Shown: positions 55,322 through 57,381 of the stretch, piece after piece
Numbering within the stretch: position 1 is the stretch's first letter
Layout of the letters: the number at the start of each line of letters is the position of its first letter
The notes under the pieces: model-generated
What the model was told of the DNA's origin: nothing
Seen by the model: only the letters and a program-made list of their open reading frames with translations
The model's database searches: none
Virus record (IMG/VR): IMGVR_UViG_3300042896_000260
Location: 1 to 57,381 of that record
Strand: one strand, 5' to 3'
DNA: 57,381 nucleotides
From: a virus
Lineage: Duplodnaviria; Caudoviricetes
Made by a program: the position numbers and the translations under genes

Positions 55322-57035
55322 TGTCTCCATTTCGTATGACAGCAAGACGGGTCGATATGTTATCGTCACTCCTGCATGGATGGTCGACAAGGTTCGCCAA
55401 ATTCCCAATCGCCGTTGGGATTCTCGTCGTCGAGTGTGGACGGCTCCTGCTCTTCGTGCTAACAGCCGCTACTTGCTCGATTCTTTTCCTGCTGACGTAT
55501 TCAGCGATGAAGCTCGCCAGATTGCGCATTCTTCTCTGGAGCGTACTCGAGCAAGAGAGATAGCGAATTTCCCGTCCCGGTACCGGTTCAAGACCGACCC
55601 ACGTCCGTATCAGGTCAAGGCGCTCGATCACGCGTGGGGGAAGGCCACCTACGCGTTCTACATGGACATGGGCACCGGCAAGACCAAGACGTCACTGGAC
55701 CTGTTCTGCGGGTACTACCAGGATGCTAAGGTCGAGCGGGTTCTAGTGGTGACCAAGTTCAGCACGCGAAAGAACTGGGAGCGCGAGATCGGCATTCACT
55801 GTCCGGTGGAGACCGACGTGCTAGTACTCGACACTGGTAAGCCCAAGGCGTTCGAGGAGTGGAATTCGACGGTGGATGGCCGGCTAAAGTTCCTAATCGT
55901 CGGCACCGAGTCGCTCGCTGCGGGCAACGCGATCCACCTTGCGCGAAAGTTCGTCGATTCGAGCGTGCGGGTCGGCATGATCGTGGACGAGGCGCACATG
56001 ATCAAGAACCACTCGGCGGTACGCAGCAAGAACTGCGTGAGCCTGGGCAGGTCGGCGAATTACAAGGTCATCATGACCGGCACGCCGGTGGCGAATGGCC
56101 CGATGGACGTGTTCATGCAGTTCGAGTTCCTCGACCCGAACATCATCGGGATTGGGGATTTCTACTCATTCCGCAACCGTTACGCGATCATGGGCGGCTA
56201 TGAGGACAAGCAGATCGTAGGATACCAGAATCTGGAAGAACTGATCGAATTGATCAGCCCTTTCGTGTATCAGGTGCGCAAGTCGGAGGTGCTGACCGAA
56301 CTGCCGCCGAAGGTGTATGAGATTCGAGAAGTGCAGTTAACCGATGAACAGAAGCGACTCTATAAAGACATTGCTAAACGTGACCAGACAGTATCTGGGG
56401 ATCAAGGAATCACCGTCAAGACCGTACTCGAAAGGATGCTCCGGCTCCAGGAGATCGCCGGTGGCGTCATCACATTCGAGCGCAATCCCGACATGTTCAA
56501 CCCCGACAAATTCGAGCACTGCCGAATCCCCGGTAGGAACCCCAAGGTAGAGGAACTGCTCGCGATCGCCGAAGAGAACGAGGTCAGCACGATCGTATGG
56601 TGCCGGTTCCTGGAAGAGATTCGGATGGTGTCGGCGGCGCTGCGTGAGAGATACGGCGACCACGCGGTCGTCGAGATTCACGGCGGCGTGAACGAGGCGC
56701 AGCGGGACTACAACGTGCAGAATCTGTTCCAGACGGGTAAGGCGCGATTTCTGGTGGGCAACGCTGCCACGGGTGGTGTGGGCCTGAACATGACGAAGGC
56801 CGAACTCGTGGTGTATTACTCGAACTCTTTCTCGTTCACCGACCGCGAGCAGTCAGAGGACCGTGCACACCGGATTGGTCAGACCAAGAGCGTGACTTAC
56901 ATCGACATCATCGCCGAGGGCACGGTGGATGGCCTGATCGTGGAAGCGCTTAAGTCCAAGAAGGACGTGTCGGAATTCGTGCGCACTACCATCAATTCGG
57001 TAAACGACAGGGCATTCCTGGGTGGTCTCGCCTAG
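55293..57035 (+). CDS. SNF2-family (SF2) helicase
   Basis: DMGTGKT, DEAH, TGTP, GGVGLN, QSEDRAHRIGQ. Confidence 0.92.
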   Translation: MSPNSSQNSNVSISYDSKTGRYVIVTPAWMVDKVRQIPNRRWDSRRRVWTAPALRANSRYLLDSFPADVFSDEARQIAHSSLERTRAREIANFPSRYRFKTDPRPYQVKALDHAWGKATYAFYMDMGTGKTKTSLDLFCGYYQDAKVERVLVVTKFSTRKNWEREIGIHCPVETDVLVLDTGKPKAFEEWNSTVDGRLKFLIVGTESLAAGNAIHLARKFVDSSVRVGMIVDEAHMIKNHSAVRSKNCVSLGRSANYKVIMTGTPVANGPMDVFMQFEFLDPNIIGIGDFYSFRNRYAIMGGYEDKQIVGYQNLEELIELISPFVYQVRKSEVLTELPPKVYEIREVQLTDEQKRLYKDIAKRDQTVSGDQGITVKTVLERMLRLQEIAGGVITFERNPDMFNPDKFEHCRIPGRNPKVEELLAIAEENEVSTIVWCRFLEEIRMVSAALRERYGDHAVVEIHGGVNEAQRDYNVQNLFQTGKARFLVGNAATGGVGLNMTKAELVVYYSNSFSFTDREQSEDRAHRIGQTKSVTYIDIIAEGTVDGLIVEALKSKKDVSEFVRTTINSVNDRAFLGGLA

Positions 57036-57069
57036 GTTATAATGAGCACATCAGTTAATAGAGGAGAAT

Positions 57070-57381
57070 ATGGACCGACCTAAAGTGTTCGTCACGCACG
57101 AAGTGCCGACGGCTAATTACGCACCCGCCGAGGAATGGGGTGAAGTCACGTTCCTGTCGGTGGCCGAGATCTCGGGCGTGCCGAATTCCTTGCACAATCG
57201 CAAGCTCATCGCGGCCATCCGTGACCGCATGAAGGAGTTCGACCCCAAGCGGGATTACATCGCCCCGAGCGGATCACCCATCATCACCGGTATCGTGTTC
57301 GCTATCGCACGAGAGAAGACGACGATCTTCAACGTGCTGAAGTGGAACTCGCGTGATTCGGCGTATACCTGCGCCACCATT
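57070..57381 (+). CDS. 5' part of a hypothetical protein that continues at 150-179 after circularisation
   Basis: GAGGAG RBS; TATAAT at 57038-57043; MDRPKVFVTHE... Confidence 0.78.
   Translation, partial: MDRPKVFVTHEVPTANYAPAEEWGEVTFLSVAEISGVPNSLHNRKLIAAIRDRMKEFDPKRDYIAPSGSPIITGIVFAIAREKTTIFNVLKWNSRDSAYTCATI
57233..57381. repeat. Terminal direct repeat (right copy)
   Basis: Matches 1-149 with two mismatches. Confidence 0.95.

Noticed and set aside
1-57381. Temperate lifestyle or prophage, and a specific host assignment
   Set aside because: No integrase, repressor, partition genes or host flanks; sigma70-type promoters and the lysis genes only loosely suggest a Gram-negative host

Overview
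The window is an essentially complete tailed dsDNA phage genome that closes into a circle: bases 1-149 recur at 57233-57381 with two synonymous differences, giving about 57,232 bp. All credible genes are on the + strand. No integrase, repressor, tRNA or CRISPR array is visible. The early/replication arm (53.8 kb, wrapping to 16.1 kb) encodes an AEP primase, SNF2 and UvrD helicases, SSB-like proteins and a complete 2-aminoadenine (Z-base) cassette: a DpoZ-type family A polymerase, purZ (GSTGKG and NFxNY signatures), a mazZ-like dNTP pyrophosphohydrolase and a datZ-like HD dATPase. That cassette is directly followed by an NrdR-like zinc ribbon lacking the ATP-cone, a histone-deacetylase-family enzyme and an orphan 394-aa protein. 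The arm also carries an Acb2/Tad1-like sponge candidate and many small genes under a repeated sigma70 promoter family. The late arm (16.7-53.3 kb) is podovirus-like: terminase, portal, GroES-like protein, scaffold, capsid, tail adaptors/nozzle, fibres, lysis genes and ejection proteins. The most unexpected structure is a pair of diverged ~350-bp non-coding elements in inverted orientation (16200-16560 and 53335-53676). Both are packed with TGTAACA/TGTTACA repeats at conserved spacing and sit exactly at the two boundaries between the arms. A recurring [FYML]-[AK]-x-G-G peptide motif separates modules in several proteins. All family assignments come from motif recognition by eye; no database searches were run.
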